Shown: positions 24,384 through 37,725 of the stretch, piece after piece | How positions within the stretch are numbered: the stretch's first letter is position 1 | How the letters are laid out: each line of letters starts with the position of its first letter | NCBI GenBank assembly: GCA_043228905.1 | Contig: JBHGNT010000022.1 | Span: forward strand, 12,524,001-12,588,000 | DNA: 64,000 nucleotides | Source: Azolla caroliniana | Lineage: Eukaryota > Plantae > Polypodiophyta | Direction of reading: 5' to 3' | The notes under the pieces: generated by a model | Database searches by the model: none | What the model was told of the DNA's origin: nothing | What the model saw: only the letters and a program-made list of their open reading frames with translations | Translations under genes and position numbers: made by a program

Positions 24384-25899
24384 TACTAAAAGGGCTCCAT
24401 GTATTATGTTTTACATACAATATATAGCCATAATTTATAGATATATAATTATAAAAAGAATGTGCATTTTCGAACTTAGAAGAAATCTATTGTGTTATTA
24501 TTTGTTTGCTAGATTTATATGGAAATTGTTATGTTTTGGTTTGCTTACATGAATTATTATATTTGTAGAATTTCCCACGACGTGATGAAAATGAAGGATC
24601 CAAAATACAAGCTAGAACATTGAGCAATTTGTGAATAACACTTAAACATACTTCTTGTTGATTTGTATAACAAACAATTAGGTTAGGAATGCCATGCGAA
24701 AGGGAAGTTATTTCCAATCAAGGGAGGGGGAGGCTTGGATTGTAGATAATTTTATCTTGTCCATGCTGGCCCTCATAAGGGATATTACATAGCCAAGGAA
24801 TTCCAACAATGTTTGATTGAACTCACATTTCTTGAAGTTTATGTAAATCTCATGTTTGCGGAATTTGTTGAGCATAAGGCAAATGTTGTAATCTTCCTAA
24901 GTCTAAAAGATCAAGATGTCATCAAGTACATCGCATTGAATTGATTCATGAATTCTCAAAATGTCATTCATACCAAGTTCGTAACAATGTGTTTGTAAGA
25001 ATGAAAGTCATTATTGTGTCTTTGAAAGCTCACATGTGTGGAACACTACTGTCCATTCATCTCTTGGATTAATTTGGGTAATATTTAGGCACCATGAATG
25101 TTAATCTTGGGAAAAAATCATTGGCATGAAGGTGATTGAGAAGATCATGTATCAAGGATAGAAAATATTGATTTTGGATGGTGTGGCATTTGAGTTTTTA
25201 CACATAATTGTTAAGGTCAATCCTTCTTCTTGAATTGTAGGATAGACACCGTAATGAGAGATTCGGAATGATGTATAAAGCCACCGAGTGTCAAGCTCAA
25301 CTTTGGACTTCTACATTGGTTCAAATTGAGGAGAGGAAACTTTCTTGAGGATGATAGGGAAATCATAAGGTAAGTGTTTTGGTAGCTGATCCATACTCTT
25401 ATTTTTTAACACATGAGCAAAGTACTCATAATTTACTTGAAGTAGAGAAGGCAAGTTGGTTTCTTAGGAACTAGTAGCCATGAATTGGAGCATAGACATC
25501 CAAATGTCTTGTGCATCGCTCACAAATAGGGTTTCTTCATAGAAAAGATTTGAAAACCTCGAGTGTAGACTAACATTGCAACTAATGTTGATGGGTTAGT
25601 TGTAAGATTTGTGTTTTGACAAATGATCCATATTCTTCTTTTTGAATAAAAAGGCACACATTTTACTAGGAGGATGGACATGACGGGTTCTTAAGGAACT
25701 AATGGATATGACTTGGAGGGCATACATCTAAATATGTTGTATGTTTCCCATAAATAAAGTCGTTGTATAGAACGATTAAGAAAATTCAACTTTGGAATGT
25801 CCCATGGCACTACAATAGAAGCAAGTCATCACAACTATAACACTTCAACTTGGGAATTTGTTGTGGGCAAAGACATTACGTAAGTCATAGAAGCTAGTT

Positions 25900-26345
25900 A
25901 TGGGCTCAATTTTGGCTCAAATTGAACGAAACCTTTAAGCCGTGGTTTATCAATTTAAATATAATTAACAACTTGGTTTGGCTTTCAAATATTATTAAGA
26001 TTCTGGTTTGCCTTTAATTATCATTAAGTGGTTTGGTGGTTTCATTAATGTTTCTTTTTGTAATTGTTTAATTAATTTGACTTAAATGGTTTGGTGTGAT
26101 TTGTGGTTAAATGGTGTAGTTTGATTTCAACTTTTCCTTACATGGTTTGGATTAAACGGTTCAGTTTCACCTTCCCTTAACGTTTGATTTAAATGGTTTA
26201 GGCTTAAACAATTTGGTTTAAGTGGTTTTGTAGTTCTTAGAAAGTTGGTTTGGTTTTTGTTGTGTACAAATGGTACAATTCGACTCAGTCTAGTTTCAAG
26301 GCCAAGAAACTAAAACCTACACCTAATCGAAGTTGCCATTGGTTT
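25900..26345. mobile_element. Degenerate hAT subterminal region
   Basis: Dense GGTTT/AAACC motifs ending in a TIR-like gaagttgccatt. Confidence 0.4.
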
Positions 26346-26922
26346 CATGTAATGTTCAACATTAGGCGATTTACGTCTTTGTTCTCTATATTGAATGTGT
26401 TTATGCTTCAGACCTTGTCAAATTCTAATGATATTCGATGCATTTAAGTATATAGATATTCAACACCTTATAAAGGATAAAATATGTATAGATAATTAAT
26501 GATTGGTATCACTAATACTCTAGTTTCATTGCTCTATAATTATGTTTTCTATTGGGATCTTACTTCCTTACTAAAGTTGTTATGTGGGTGGTGGTTCTTT
26601 TTGAAATTTTTCCTCTAATTGTACTTGTTACTATTTTGGGATTTTGATATATATATATATTTCCAAAAACTGATTTACTAACTTTGTAAACAAAATTCAC
26701 ATTTCAAAGCTCTGTAAACTAACAAAAGCAACATATTAAATCAAATTAAATCTAATATATATAGAGTTCCAAATTATATTGGATCAAATTTACAAAGTTT
26801 CAATCTATATGTTCTATGAAGTCCTCGATGTCATCATTATGCTCATGAGAAGTTCCTGTAAAAATATAACGATATGCCTTGCTTTCTTGCCACCACAAAA
26901 TGGTGGCAATGAAGTAATGTTC

Positions 26923-29900
26923 TTTTTTTTTCCAAAAAAGAATATACTCCATTAGTTAAAATATACACTAACTCGATCCCTTTCTCGGGTAGGCCTTGCC
27001 TAGACTATCCTATCCTACATAAGAAATCTCACTTATTTATCTTACACTTTCACATGTGTCTCTAGCCATCCTTTCATACACTTCACCTACATTCACTATC
27101 CCACATGACATCTCTTTCACGCCCCTCGTTCAACTAATGGGAGGGGGGAACAACCATCTGGGTACTACATACTTCCATTGTATATCCATTCCATTTGTTG
27201 TGGCCATCACTGTAGTACACCACCTCTTTCAGCCTCATTAATTCTGACGCATCATCAATACCCTCAATCCGCTCATATTGAGCTCTTAGTGTAGTTATTA
27301 ATGTGTGCCAGATTAGCTTAATCGATTCAGCTGGAGGGCGTTTGTGTGTTGAAAATACCCTGGTACACCTTGCTGTCCATATACACCATATGGTAATGGG
27401 GGCAAGCAACATCCAAAGATCTCCAAATTTTTAATTTTGTGCACTAATTGTAGGTACCCTGTTGTTAGTGATTAGCCGAAAAATGCCATTCTCCCCTTTG
27501 TACTTAGCATTGCATGTGCTATCGTATTTCGCCACATCATCCTCAAGACAGTCCAACAAGCATGTCCCCAGTTGAGGGTGAACAAACTAGACGCATGACA
27601 AAACAAACGTAGTGTTGTTCCCCATATAGCCACTACCTTGCAACATTTCCATAGACAATGGGAAATGCTTTCTATCTGTCCACATGCAATACATCTAGTG
27701 TCTACATTGGGGCCTTTACCCCACGTCCCTACCGGCAAGGCTCTATGTGCAATAAACCATAAACACATCATTATCTTGCGGTCATAATTGTCATGCCATT
27801 ATTGTTGGGAGACAGGTCCCTCCGGATGGGAAGGGAGAAGAACAGTGCTGATGAACAAACTCGGCCGAGGCCTATAGGCCGAGGCCGAACCGTATGAGGA
27901 GTACCCGGCTACGGAGAACCGGATGGCGCAGACCCAGTGAGAACCGGATGAGGAGTACCCGGCTACGGAGAGCCGGATGGTGCAGACCCGGTGAGAACCG
28001 GATGAGGAGTACCCGGCTACGAAGAGCCGGATGGTGCAGACCCGGTGAGGACCGGATGAGGAGTACCCGGCTACGGAGAGCCGGATGGTGCAGACCCGGT
28101 GAGGAGTGCTCACTGGATGAAGAGACATATTAGTAAATATGTTTATGAGAGTCCATCATGGCTATATTTGTAAATAGCCGAAAAGTCATATTAGTATAAA
28201 TATGACTTAGGGCAAACTTTTAGTAAGTTGTTATTCTTGTTGGTGCAAGGAGAGAGAGAGCGCGGAACTGTGTACAGAGAGAGAGAGAGAGGGAGAGAAA
28301 GAGGTCATTGCCTCTGTTGTAACCGCCGCCTGTGGTGAGGATCGTGAGCACGAGGTCGTTGCCTCCGTGAACTTATTGTTGTACATTCTAGCATAGTGAT
28401 AGTTTGCAGCCTGTGGGCTGCCATGGTTTTTCCCTTAGTTTGGGTTTTCCACGTAAACATCCTGTGTACTCGTCTCTTCTCTTGTGTCGTGCATTTGTTC
28501 CCGTTTTCTGTGTATGATTTTAAGCTCGGTTGTGGCCGAGCATTGTGCATAAGGAGCATTGAGTTCCAGTCAATTATTATCATTTTCCAGAATTTATCTA
28601 GTCTCATTTCACTAATGCCCTCTTGTATCCAAAATTTCTTTGCCGCCATCTTGTTGTGTTCTTGTTCTAGAATAATCTGCCTCCCAATTTTTGTGTTGTA
28701 CTTGAAAAATTGAACTAGCTTTGCCCCATCATCAATTCGTCCTTGAGTTTTCCAGAAATACATCGTTGGGTCCCATGATAGCTGATCCAAATGCCTTCTA
28801 TAGGCCAACACACTATCGCCGGCATGATCTCCCTTGGCTTAGGGTCAATAATCATATCCTTTCCATTTTTTGCTACTAGACTAATCGACCTTTCTCTGTG
28901 ATAGGCTGGTTGCTCATCTCTTACCATTCCGTGCTCTAGTTTGTAGTAGCATGCCTCATTTGATTATGCTTTCAATCCCTTAATGCCAATTAAACAATTT
29001 TTGACATCTATAAGTCATGTCCACACAATTTCAGAGGTAGTTATTTCTTCTTCTTCCAAGGTATGCCTGTAGCATGCAATGGCATCTATAATTCTCTTGA
29101 GCATGCCTTTACCCCTACTTATTCTCCATATTCTAGCCTTTTGAGTGCCCACCTCATTGGACAAAAACCTCTCCCACTCTAGTAATGCATTTCCCTTGGG
29201 CATTGATTAACTCAGTCCATTTAAAGCCTGCATTTTGTCCTATCATCAGCCCATCCACATCTCTAATCAATGGGTTCCACACAATTGGCATGTACATCCA
29301 AGCATATGCATCATTTCTCCACCTACATGTGATCCCCTTTCTAATTTCTTGCCATGCTTTCATAATTCCAATAACACAGAGACTCTGCATACTTCCCCAA
29401 TATTTGGGTCTCATTTCTGGCACAAAACCCCAAAAGGGGTTGCTTGGCCAGCGTCCACCTTGTCTTGGCAACCACATCTTCCATTTGCGTCGCCATAGAA
29501 ATTTCCAAGGTGCCTCAGGAGGTTGTAAGCTCATGACCACTAGTTTGTCTAGCAAGGCCTTTGTTTGCACCATGGGATCTATCAATCCCACCCCCCCTTC
29601 ACTTTTCCTTTTTATAAATGTGGTCCAAGCAACCTTTGCATGGGCCTATTTTTCCTCCGTGTCCCCCCATAATAAATTTTTGATAATCCTTTTTATCAAT
29701 TTCATCGACTTGGGCACGATTATCTAGCATGTAGTAGTATGCCATGTACTGACCATTAGAATCTGATTAGGATAGTTTTCTTGCATTCCACCATATTAGC
29801 GCCGTTTTTATTTTGTCCACTAGTAGATTGTAGTGTTTTGCTCGATCGATGTCCATACCAAATTTGAAGCCCAAGTATCTAGTAGCTTCTCCTCCCCTCA

Positions 29901-32900
29901 ACCATCTAAAATTGGGGTAAGGGGCCCAATTTAACACGGGCTTATTACTGATCCAAATGCCCACAGATTTATTCCAATTTATTTTAGCATCCGATCCCCT
30001 ACAAAACTCATCAATTGCATTTTGCAATCTTCCCAAGTTGTTGTCATCACCCTTGACATAGGTCATTGTGTCATCAACATATGTCGTATCAAGCACCATA
30101 CCTTCATCATTGAGCAAGGAAAGGCCTTGTATTTGCCAAGATCTATCAACAATTTGATAATGCAAATCTTCTGCTGCAATGATGTAGAAGTACGGGGCCA
30201 ATGGGCATCCTTGGTGTACCGAACGTAGCATCTTAAAGCTCTCCCCCATACTTCCAGCCATTAAAACTTGGCTGGATGCACCTCTGTAAAAGGCACCCAT
30301 TCCAAGGATCCATAAAGCCTAGGGCTACCATCACTGCTTCTAGGAATTCTCATGAAATCCTGTCATATGCTTTTTCAAAGTGGAGTAGCATTAATGCTAG
30401 GTCCACTTCTTGCTCCTCCGCCCATGCTGAGTATTCCCAGAATGTTATCACATTGTCAACAATACTTCGATTTTCTAGGAATCCAGTTTGTGTTGTATGT
30501 ATAATGTCCCCAAGTATCGTTTTCAATCTCTTACTTACAACTTTGGCCATTATCTTATAAGCATTGGTGAGAATCATCAATGGTCGCCAATTATCAAGCG
30601 TTGTTAGGTCTTTGCCATCCTTGGGTATTAAATAAATCATTCATCTACACATTGTTGTGGTCATTAATCCTTCTACCATAATGTATTGCATCCCTGCCAA
30701 CATGTCATCCTTAATTAGATCCCAATATTTGATGTAAAAGTATATAGGAAGTCCATCAATTCCTGCACAACTTTGTTTGTTCATATCCCTAATAGCATCC
30801 CACAATTCATGCATACCTATAGGGGTATTTAGTTGGTCCATCATTTGAGCCGTAACTTTCCTTGGTACCCTATTTATTATATTTCTAAATGCAACTTGAT
30901 CAATCAATTCCTCATTGCATACATTTAGTAGTTGAGTATAATAGCTTGTGGCTATTTCAAGCATTTCCTCTTTGCATGTGGTCATTGTGCCATCTGTCTT
31001 TTTTAAACATGCAGGTTGAATCCCGGATCCTTTGCATTTAACAACTTCAAAAAATCGTTTAGTAACCCAATCTCCTACCCTCATCCAGCTTGCTGCCTTA
31101 CTTCAATATGCATAAGTACTCCTAAGTTTTTGGTACATCTCTAATTTTCTTTTGGCCTCCTCTAGTCGAGCCTCAATCCATACATTATGTGGGTATAATT
31201 CTCTTAGTCGTTGCATAGAAGCGAGTGTCCATTGCATTCTTTGCATTTTCTCCTTTAAATCTCTTTTCTAATTTCAATCGCTTTCTGCTGAAAAAACCGG
31301 TGCACATTCCTCAAGTTTTCCAGCTAGCCTATGAGTAGGGTCAAGGTGCCTCCATTTGATATTAGACCATATTTTCTGTATATTATTAGTCCATTTAGTA
31401 TCCATAACCAATTCCTTGCTCACCTTCACATTATGTGGCTTGCATTGATTGTTTTCTTGTATGTGCAACAGAACTGGGGCATGATCAGAGAACATTGTAC
31501 CAGGACAAATAATGCAACTGCCTTTCCTATCCATGAGCCGAGGGTCCAAATACCATCTGTCCAGCCTGGACATCGTCCTCCCATGCACGCTTCCTCCTAC
31601 TCTAGAGTATCAAAGACATTTTTCTATTTGCATTTGAAAGTTATACGCTAAACTAAACTTATCCCATGTATACTTCTCTGCCCCCTGTACCATGCCATTT
31701 GCATTTCCTCTTCTATCTTTTGTATGCTCCACCATATTAAAGTCTCCTCCAATTATCCACAACTCAACATTTGGTTTCTTGGCCACTAGTTGCAACCCGA
31801 ATTCTTGTCTTTCAGCAGCTGAATATGGGGCATATATGTTCAGTATGCGCAAGTGCCCATAACTATGTTTTATCCTTATATAGACAACATGACCCTCTAT
31901 TAAACTCCCCCTGCCTGTACAGTCAGCAGTAAACTTAGCTTTCATAGCTATAAGTACACCCCCATGAATCTGTCTATCCCCCGTAGCTGCTGACCATGTA
32001 TTGGTCCAATTCCCAAGGCAAATGCTTCCAATTTTATCGATCTTATCCCCATCTAGATGGTGCTCTTGCACCATGATAACATCAGGCACCACTGCCTCAG
32101 TGCAACGCTGAATTTTAGCAGCTAATACATTCTTTTTCATCTGGAATTGGGTGCCACCAATTACTTGTATATTCCAAGTTAACAAGCTAAGATTCATATA
32201 ACCTTCATCTTCTGTGGCCCGGCCAATGCATTTTCAGCTTCCACTATGGTAGCTAATATCCTATCTTGGAGATTTTCCTCTTCCAACTGTGTCAACATTT
32301 CAGGGATGTATACCATGAATTCCATGATCATTTTAGGAAGCTTCCTAAATTTCACATTGATGTAGTATATACCTTGTTCATTTGTCTTGCCCAAACTCTA
32401 GATCAAGGTATCTTTCCATTGTCTTTTCATTTTCACCCCTATTACGGTACCATATGATGAATCTACATGAACATCCATTTGTTGTTCCAAACATCCGAGT
32501 GCTTCTTCTCTATAGTGTGGTTCCTTATTTCCAATGGCCAGAATATAGGACAGACCAGCGATCCGCCCTTCATCAATACTTTTACCATATATATTGACTC
32601 TACACATGTTGTCCTTCTTCATCTCACTTCCCCATATTTCCTTGAACCACTTTTTGCATGTCAGTTTCAGTTTGATTTGTTGTCTAATGTTTGAGAGGAG
32701 GGGTCACATTGTATTGAAAATTCCAGTTCACTCTTGGCCATTTATGCATCCCTTTATTTTTCTCCATCCCCTTCCCCTCCTCTTTTCTAGCACGCATGTG
32801 CCTTTTCATTTTTGCTATCCCCTTAATATATTGGGTTGTCATCAATGACTTAGCTTGCTCTTTCAAGGGGCTTACGACCTTTCCTACATTTAATTATCCT

Positions 32901-34166
32901 ACCTCATCCATAATTTCATGAAGCATCTGGTCAATATCATCCCCTATCAAATTGTCTTCCTGTTGTAGTTTCTGCATATCATTAATTGCTCTCATGATTC
33001 GCCTTCGTTCTTGCTTCCCTTTCATTAGGTTTGTTGTCATTGTGCTCTAAGGTTAAGAGTGCGTATTTGTTTCTTAGTGGGAGCCATTTTTGTCCGACCA
33101 TAACTTTTTGTTTGCCTTTATTGATGTTATATTTCCATCCATCTTCATTCTTAGTCATTGCATGGTTTATTTGTTGCTTATTCTGTTGCATCAGACTTGT
33201 TTTGCTTTTCCATCCTTGCTTCCCATTTCCATGATGCATGTTCTCCTTACCTCTCAAGCATTCTCGGGCCCTATGTCCCATATGTCTATTGTTTATTGCT
33301 CAACAACATATGTCCCTACATGGTCAGACATTCGTTTATTGCTCAACAACATCGATTGTGGTAGGGTCTTTACATCCGAAACAATTAGTGTGATCCTCGG
33401 TGTTTCACTTATTCTCTCTATTAGAGTTTTTTCCAGGCATTGCCCTCCCATACTTTTGCCAATGGCAGGGAGAAAGGACTCCCATTGCTTAGGTAAACCA
33501 GGGAAAAAGGCCGTTACCACTGTAGGATTGTCCATACAAGCATCGGCTTTACACATGTCAAAGTTTGCATCCCAATTGAATACATAGGTTCTTGCATTGT
33601 GCCAAATCAGTGGGCTGCTCTCGACAATTTTGCATATATTGATTTTAGGCATCATTGTGACATGGTAGAACCCCTTTCCCATAAATGCAATGTTCTTCAA
33701 TCTGCCAAGGTCTTCTTGTAAACAACTTTGCAGCCAGTCACACAACATTGCTCTATTAGGTCGACTACCCACCACTTTCACCACAAAGGATTCCCATTTA
33801 AGACATATTAATTCACTCTCCATAAGGCATTCTTCTTCCAGGGAGAGAACAAAGGCCCCTATTACTTGCATCGAGGGACCATTTTGATTGTCCATCCCTT
33901 CTATTTCCTGTTCTATTTCAGCATCAATGCGATTATATAGATGTTCTTGACATACCTATGTCCCATTGTTGTCCAGTAGGTTTTGGGATGATGTTTGCAG
34001 GCTCTGAGGCAGTCGAGTCGTTGTTCAATGATCCCTCTACTGCCATCACTCCTCACAGCCGAGTTGCTGTCGTTGTTTGATCCTCCCTCTACTGTCGGTG
34101 CCTCTGTTCCTCTGTTCTCCCATCGCCTCGAGCGTCTTCTAAGATGTTACAATACTTGTAATGACG
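26923..34166 (-). mobile_element. Full-length L1-clade LINE (decayed ORF1 and ORF2)
   Basis: TSD AATGAAGTAATGTTC(TT) at 26908 and 34167, with a poly(T) run at the 3' end on plus. ORF1 with zinc knuckle (GHRAREC). APE endonuclease (TWNI, QEHH, NIYAP, GGDFN, SRLDR, SDH). RT (QTGF, QGCPLAP, YVDD). zf-RVT C..C..ESISHC. Confidence 0.92.
27803..28572 (+). mobile_element. Solo LTR, copia family A, inserted in L1 ORF2
   Basis: Ends are TGTTGGG...CAGTCA, with TSD ATTAT at 27798-27802 and 28573-28577. It contains about four 54-bp CCGG-rich repeats. Confidence 0.9.
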
Positions 34167-34183
34167 AATGAAGTAATGTTCTT

Positions 34184-34860
34184 CTAGTTCAGGTTCTTCA
34201 ATAGATATTTGTATCAATGGATCTACCACATTGCTTTTTAGCCTATTTCTTAATGTATTCATCCTCTCTCACATGTTGCCGTAGAAGAAGATTGAATTAA
34301 CCATATCAATGCAAGCTTTAAAAGCTCATGTAGCATTTCTTTCGACACATCATTAAAATTTATCATACCCCAAACATCTAAGAAATCTTTTCTAAGAAAT
34401 TATGTGGTAGCTTGCCTTTTGAAAATAGCATATTCATCATCAATTTATCATTATCAATTATGGGAGAAAACACTTTCCCATCTATCATTTTGAACGCCAT
34501 AAAATTTCCAAGTGTTTTCAACTCATTAAGACCCATAGTCTTTCGTGCTAAAATACTTGTAGATCCGGTAGACATGCTCATTGGTGATAACATTATCAAT
34601 GCGGCAAGAGTCACAATATCTTAAAACCTCTTTTTTATAGTCTCTATTAATGCCCTAGAACACAAAGTTTGGAAATGTATGGCTTCAATTAAGTCCTCAC
34701 CATCGATACTTCTATCCATGGTGATGCATTTATACATATTACCTTTTGTATCATCTCGTAAAATGGAAAGCATCCTTTTTTCTCTACCATATTCTAGAAT
34801 AACTAGATTGTTATTGTCACCCTTCTCAAAACCATTGAGATCGATAACAACATGATGCAA
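34184..34860 (-). pseudogene. hAT transposase C-terminal (dimerisation) remnant, split by the L1; continues at ~26800-26922
   Basis: Frameshifted LLKLALIWLIQSSSTATCERG...LRNRLKS..DPLIQISIEEPELEEHYF, resuming after the TSD as IATILWWQESK. Confidence 0.65.
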
Positions 34861-35030
34861 AAACTACTCTTCTATATCCCTTGTTGAAATGGTTAGTGCG
34901 GAAGCGTGATTAAGGACCTTTCAATGAGTCTAGCAAACAACAGTAATAGTGATTTAAGATATGGGTATGCACTATGTACAAGATTCAAGTGGATCAAAGT
35001 AAACACTTGCACACACACACACACACACAG

Positions 35031-36690
35031 ATACCAAAAATATTACATTTCACGTGATACGTGTGGAAGTGAGTAGCGACTCTCGATGTTCAAGAACTTT
35101 ACCAATGAATGTTGCAATCGAGAGGACACATTGTAGTTGTGATAGAAATTCGTGCAAGGATTGGGCTTGGTCGAAGAGATGTGAAAAGCATGGTTGAATA
35201 TGATCAAAGGTAGAACATTGTATCAAAGTGTGATACTCAAACTCTCGAACTTGTTTAGGGCAAAGTGTGCATAGCTGGCCACTCTCATCATTTGTGTCTT
35301 GATGCCCTGTCTCACATCGCAATGCATGTGAGCTAAGTCGTATGGAAGCAATGGTTCGAATGGAAGATAACGGGATGGGCTCTAACATGTATCGATGTGT
35401 CTGGTTTCCCCGTTCCGCGAAGAATATGGTTTTGTAGTTAGGTGCAACATGTGTAGTACAATGCGTGAAGCGTGAGCCTCCACATTTTTCTATGCCATGA
35501 TACATTGGTGTTGCAAAAAGGCCTCATTTACAGAGGAATCTAGTGATGCATCATGAAGCAAGTGTCTTGCATCCCATCTATCAAACCATTTTTCTATATC
35601 TTGCATCCAATCGGAACACATAAATTTGATTTTATGCGTCTTTTGGATCTTTTTGCTTGCTTCCCATGCAATTCTAGGAAGTCGATGTGAGGAACCTTTT
35701 TGAACCTTTAAGCATGTATTCAACAACCCTTTCCATGGCCATGATCTCAACGGGAAGCGATCCCGTCTCAAGGAGGAGGGTGTAGGCGTTTGTTTCTTAA
35801 CTTATAGAAACTTTGTAAGAAAATGTTTTTGGACATTTTCAAACTCTTTCCACGTAGATTTAGGTATGCTACCGCCCCATACTTCCACCCCATAGAGAAG
35901 AACCAATGTCACCGAAGTGTCGAAAAGATATTTCTTGAGGACCCAATACTTATTATCTCCAAGATTGCATGTGTTCTCAAATGCATAGTATGCTCGCTTA
36001 CCTGCCTCTAAGCTGCGTGTAGCACATTCATTCCATCTATGATTTGAAGGAACTTCAAGGCCAAGATATTTGAAGCTTTCCACACATTCAACTGTCTCAT
36101 TGTTGTAAATAATGCATTGTTTATCTCTTTTCTGGCTCTTCACAAGCATAATCTTTGTTTTAGAGCTATTGACACTTAATTTAGTATGCATGCAATTTTT
36201 TTCCAATGCATTGATAAGCTTTTGTGCATCTCCTAAAGTATTTGCAAAAAGCACTACATCATCCGCATATAGCAAAAGCATAATCACAACATTCCCAATG
36301 GTAACTTCTTCAACACATTCTTCCTTTACAAACTTGGTAATCATTTTTTCCAATTCATCAATGCATAGACCAAATAGTGTTGGTGAGAGTGGACATCCTT
36401 GCTTAACACCAATAGTGCTATTGAAAAAATCATAAAAATCTCTTATACACACACAACATATAACCTTCTCATATATTCGGGAAATTGCAAGCATATATTC
36501 ACTTGGCACCTTAAGTTCTTCCATTCGCCTCCAAAGATGCTCACGAGGTACCATATCAAAAGCTTTCTTGAAGTCTACAAAGCAACAATATAAACCTTTA
36601 CCTCTAAGGCGACTTTCCTCCATTAATACTTGAAGGGTGACAAGGTGATCAATGGTGCTATGGTGTTTTCGAAACCTAGAGAGAATGTCA
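35031..36690 (-). mobile_element. RTE/RTE-X-like LINE fragment
   Basis: FRKHHSTIDHL, CFVDFKKAFD, GVKQGCPLSP, LLYADD, FKYLG and C-terminal CTLC...EYHTLIQC. The 3' end abuts (CA)n at 35010-35029. Confidence 0.88.
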
Positions 36691-37203
36691 AGACGGTGCA
36701 AGATCGTGCAAGATCGTGCTCGATTTTATGTTGATCAGGATATATGTCCTCATGCATTTACTATTGGTCAAAAAGTTTTTTTGCGTGTCCCTCCTGACTC
36801 TACATCATTGTCTACGGGCAAGTGCGCTAAGTTAGCCCCACGATATTGTGGCCCATTTGAAATCCTTAAGCGGGCTGGGTCATCTACTTATCACCTTGCC
36901 TTACCCCGTAATGTTGGTATTCATCCTGTGTTTCACGGCAGTCGTCTAAAACCATTTTTAGGCTCTGATGATAACACCATCACAATCCAAGATCTTGTAA
37001 CATTAGAGGGTTTTTCTTACAAACCTCATGTTCCTGAACGAATTCTTGATTCTCGTACTAAACATTTACGTTCTAAAGAGATTTGGCTATTCAAGATCAA
37101 ATGGATGGATAAACCTATTGATGATGCCACATGGGAACGCGAACATACTCTTAAGGCACAATTTCCTCACTTTATATTGCAAGAGTGCAATCTTTTGAAG
37201 TAA
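36690..37203 (+). pseudogene. Ty3/gypsy chromovirus integrase C-terminus with chromodomain
   Basis: KLAPRYCGPFEIL, IHPVFH, PERILDSR...KIKW...DATWE. Confidence 0.9.
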
Positions 37204-37210
37204 GGGAGTA

Positions 37211-37725
37211 TGTTATTTACATATAACGTTGGTAAGGGTAGGTCACTAATATTTACATTAGTGAAGGGTATGTTCACTAATGTTAAAAAGGGGACTAATG
37301 ATTGGATAGAAGGAATGATAGGTGCATGCACTGTCATGATTTGGACAACCAATGAATGAAGAGCCTTTTAGAAAGGCACATCTATTCAAGGGGCCTAGGA
37401 AAAGATATAAATATGAGGCTTAGCTACCCTCATAAGGACATTACGTCGGAAGGCTGCTGTCTTAGACACCGGTGGTGTGTCTAGGCTTTCGTCTAAACGA
37501 TCGTGTTTATCTCTTCCAAGGAATTAGTCATCCTAATATCCGGTGGTATGGGACGTCGGTGGTAGGTTGACTATATCTAGATCATAGCTTGGGGGTGGCC
37601 AGGTGGAACGGGTTCTTCTATCCAATCTACTTTACTTCTTTTACTTTACGTCATGACTTTCTTAGGTATGCTCTGGAGGATAATATCCTATCTTATGTCT
37701 TACCCCTGTGGCCATATTATCTTCA
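37211..37725 (+). mobile_element. Chromovirus 3' LTR
   Basis: PPT-like aagggagta precedes TGTTAT...CTTCA. L1 coding sequence resumes right after it. Confidence 0.6.
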
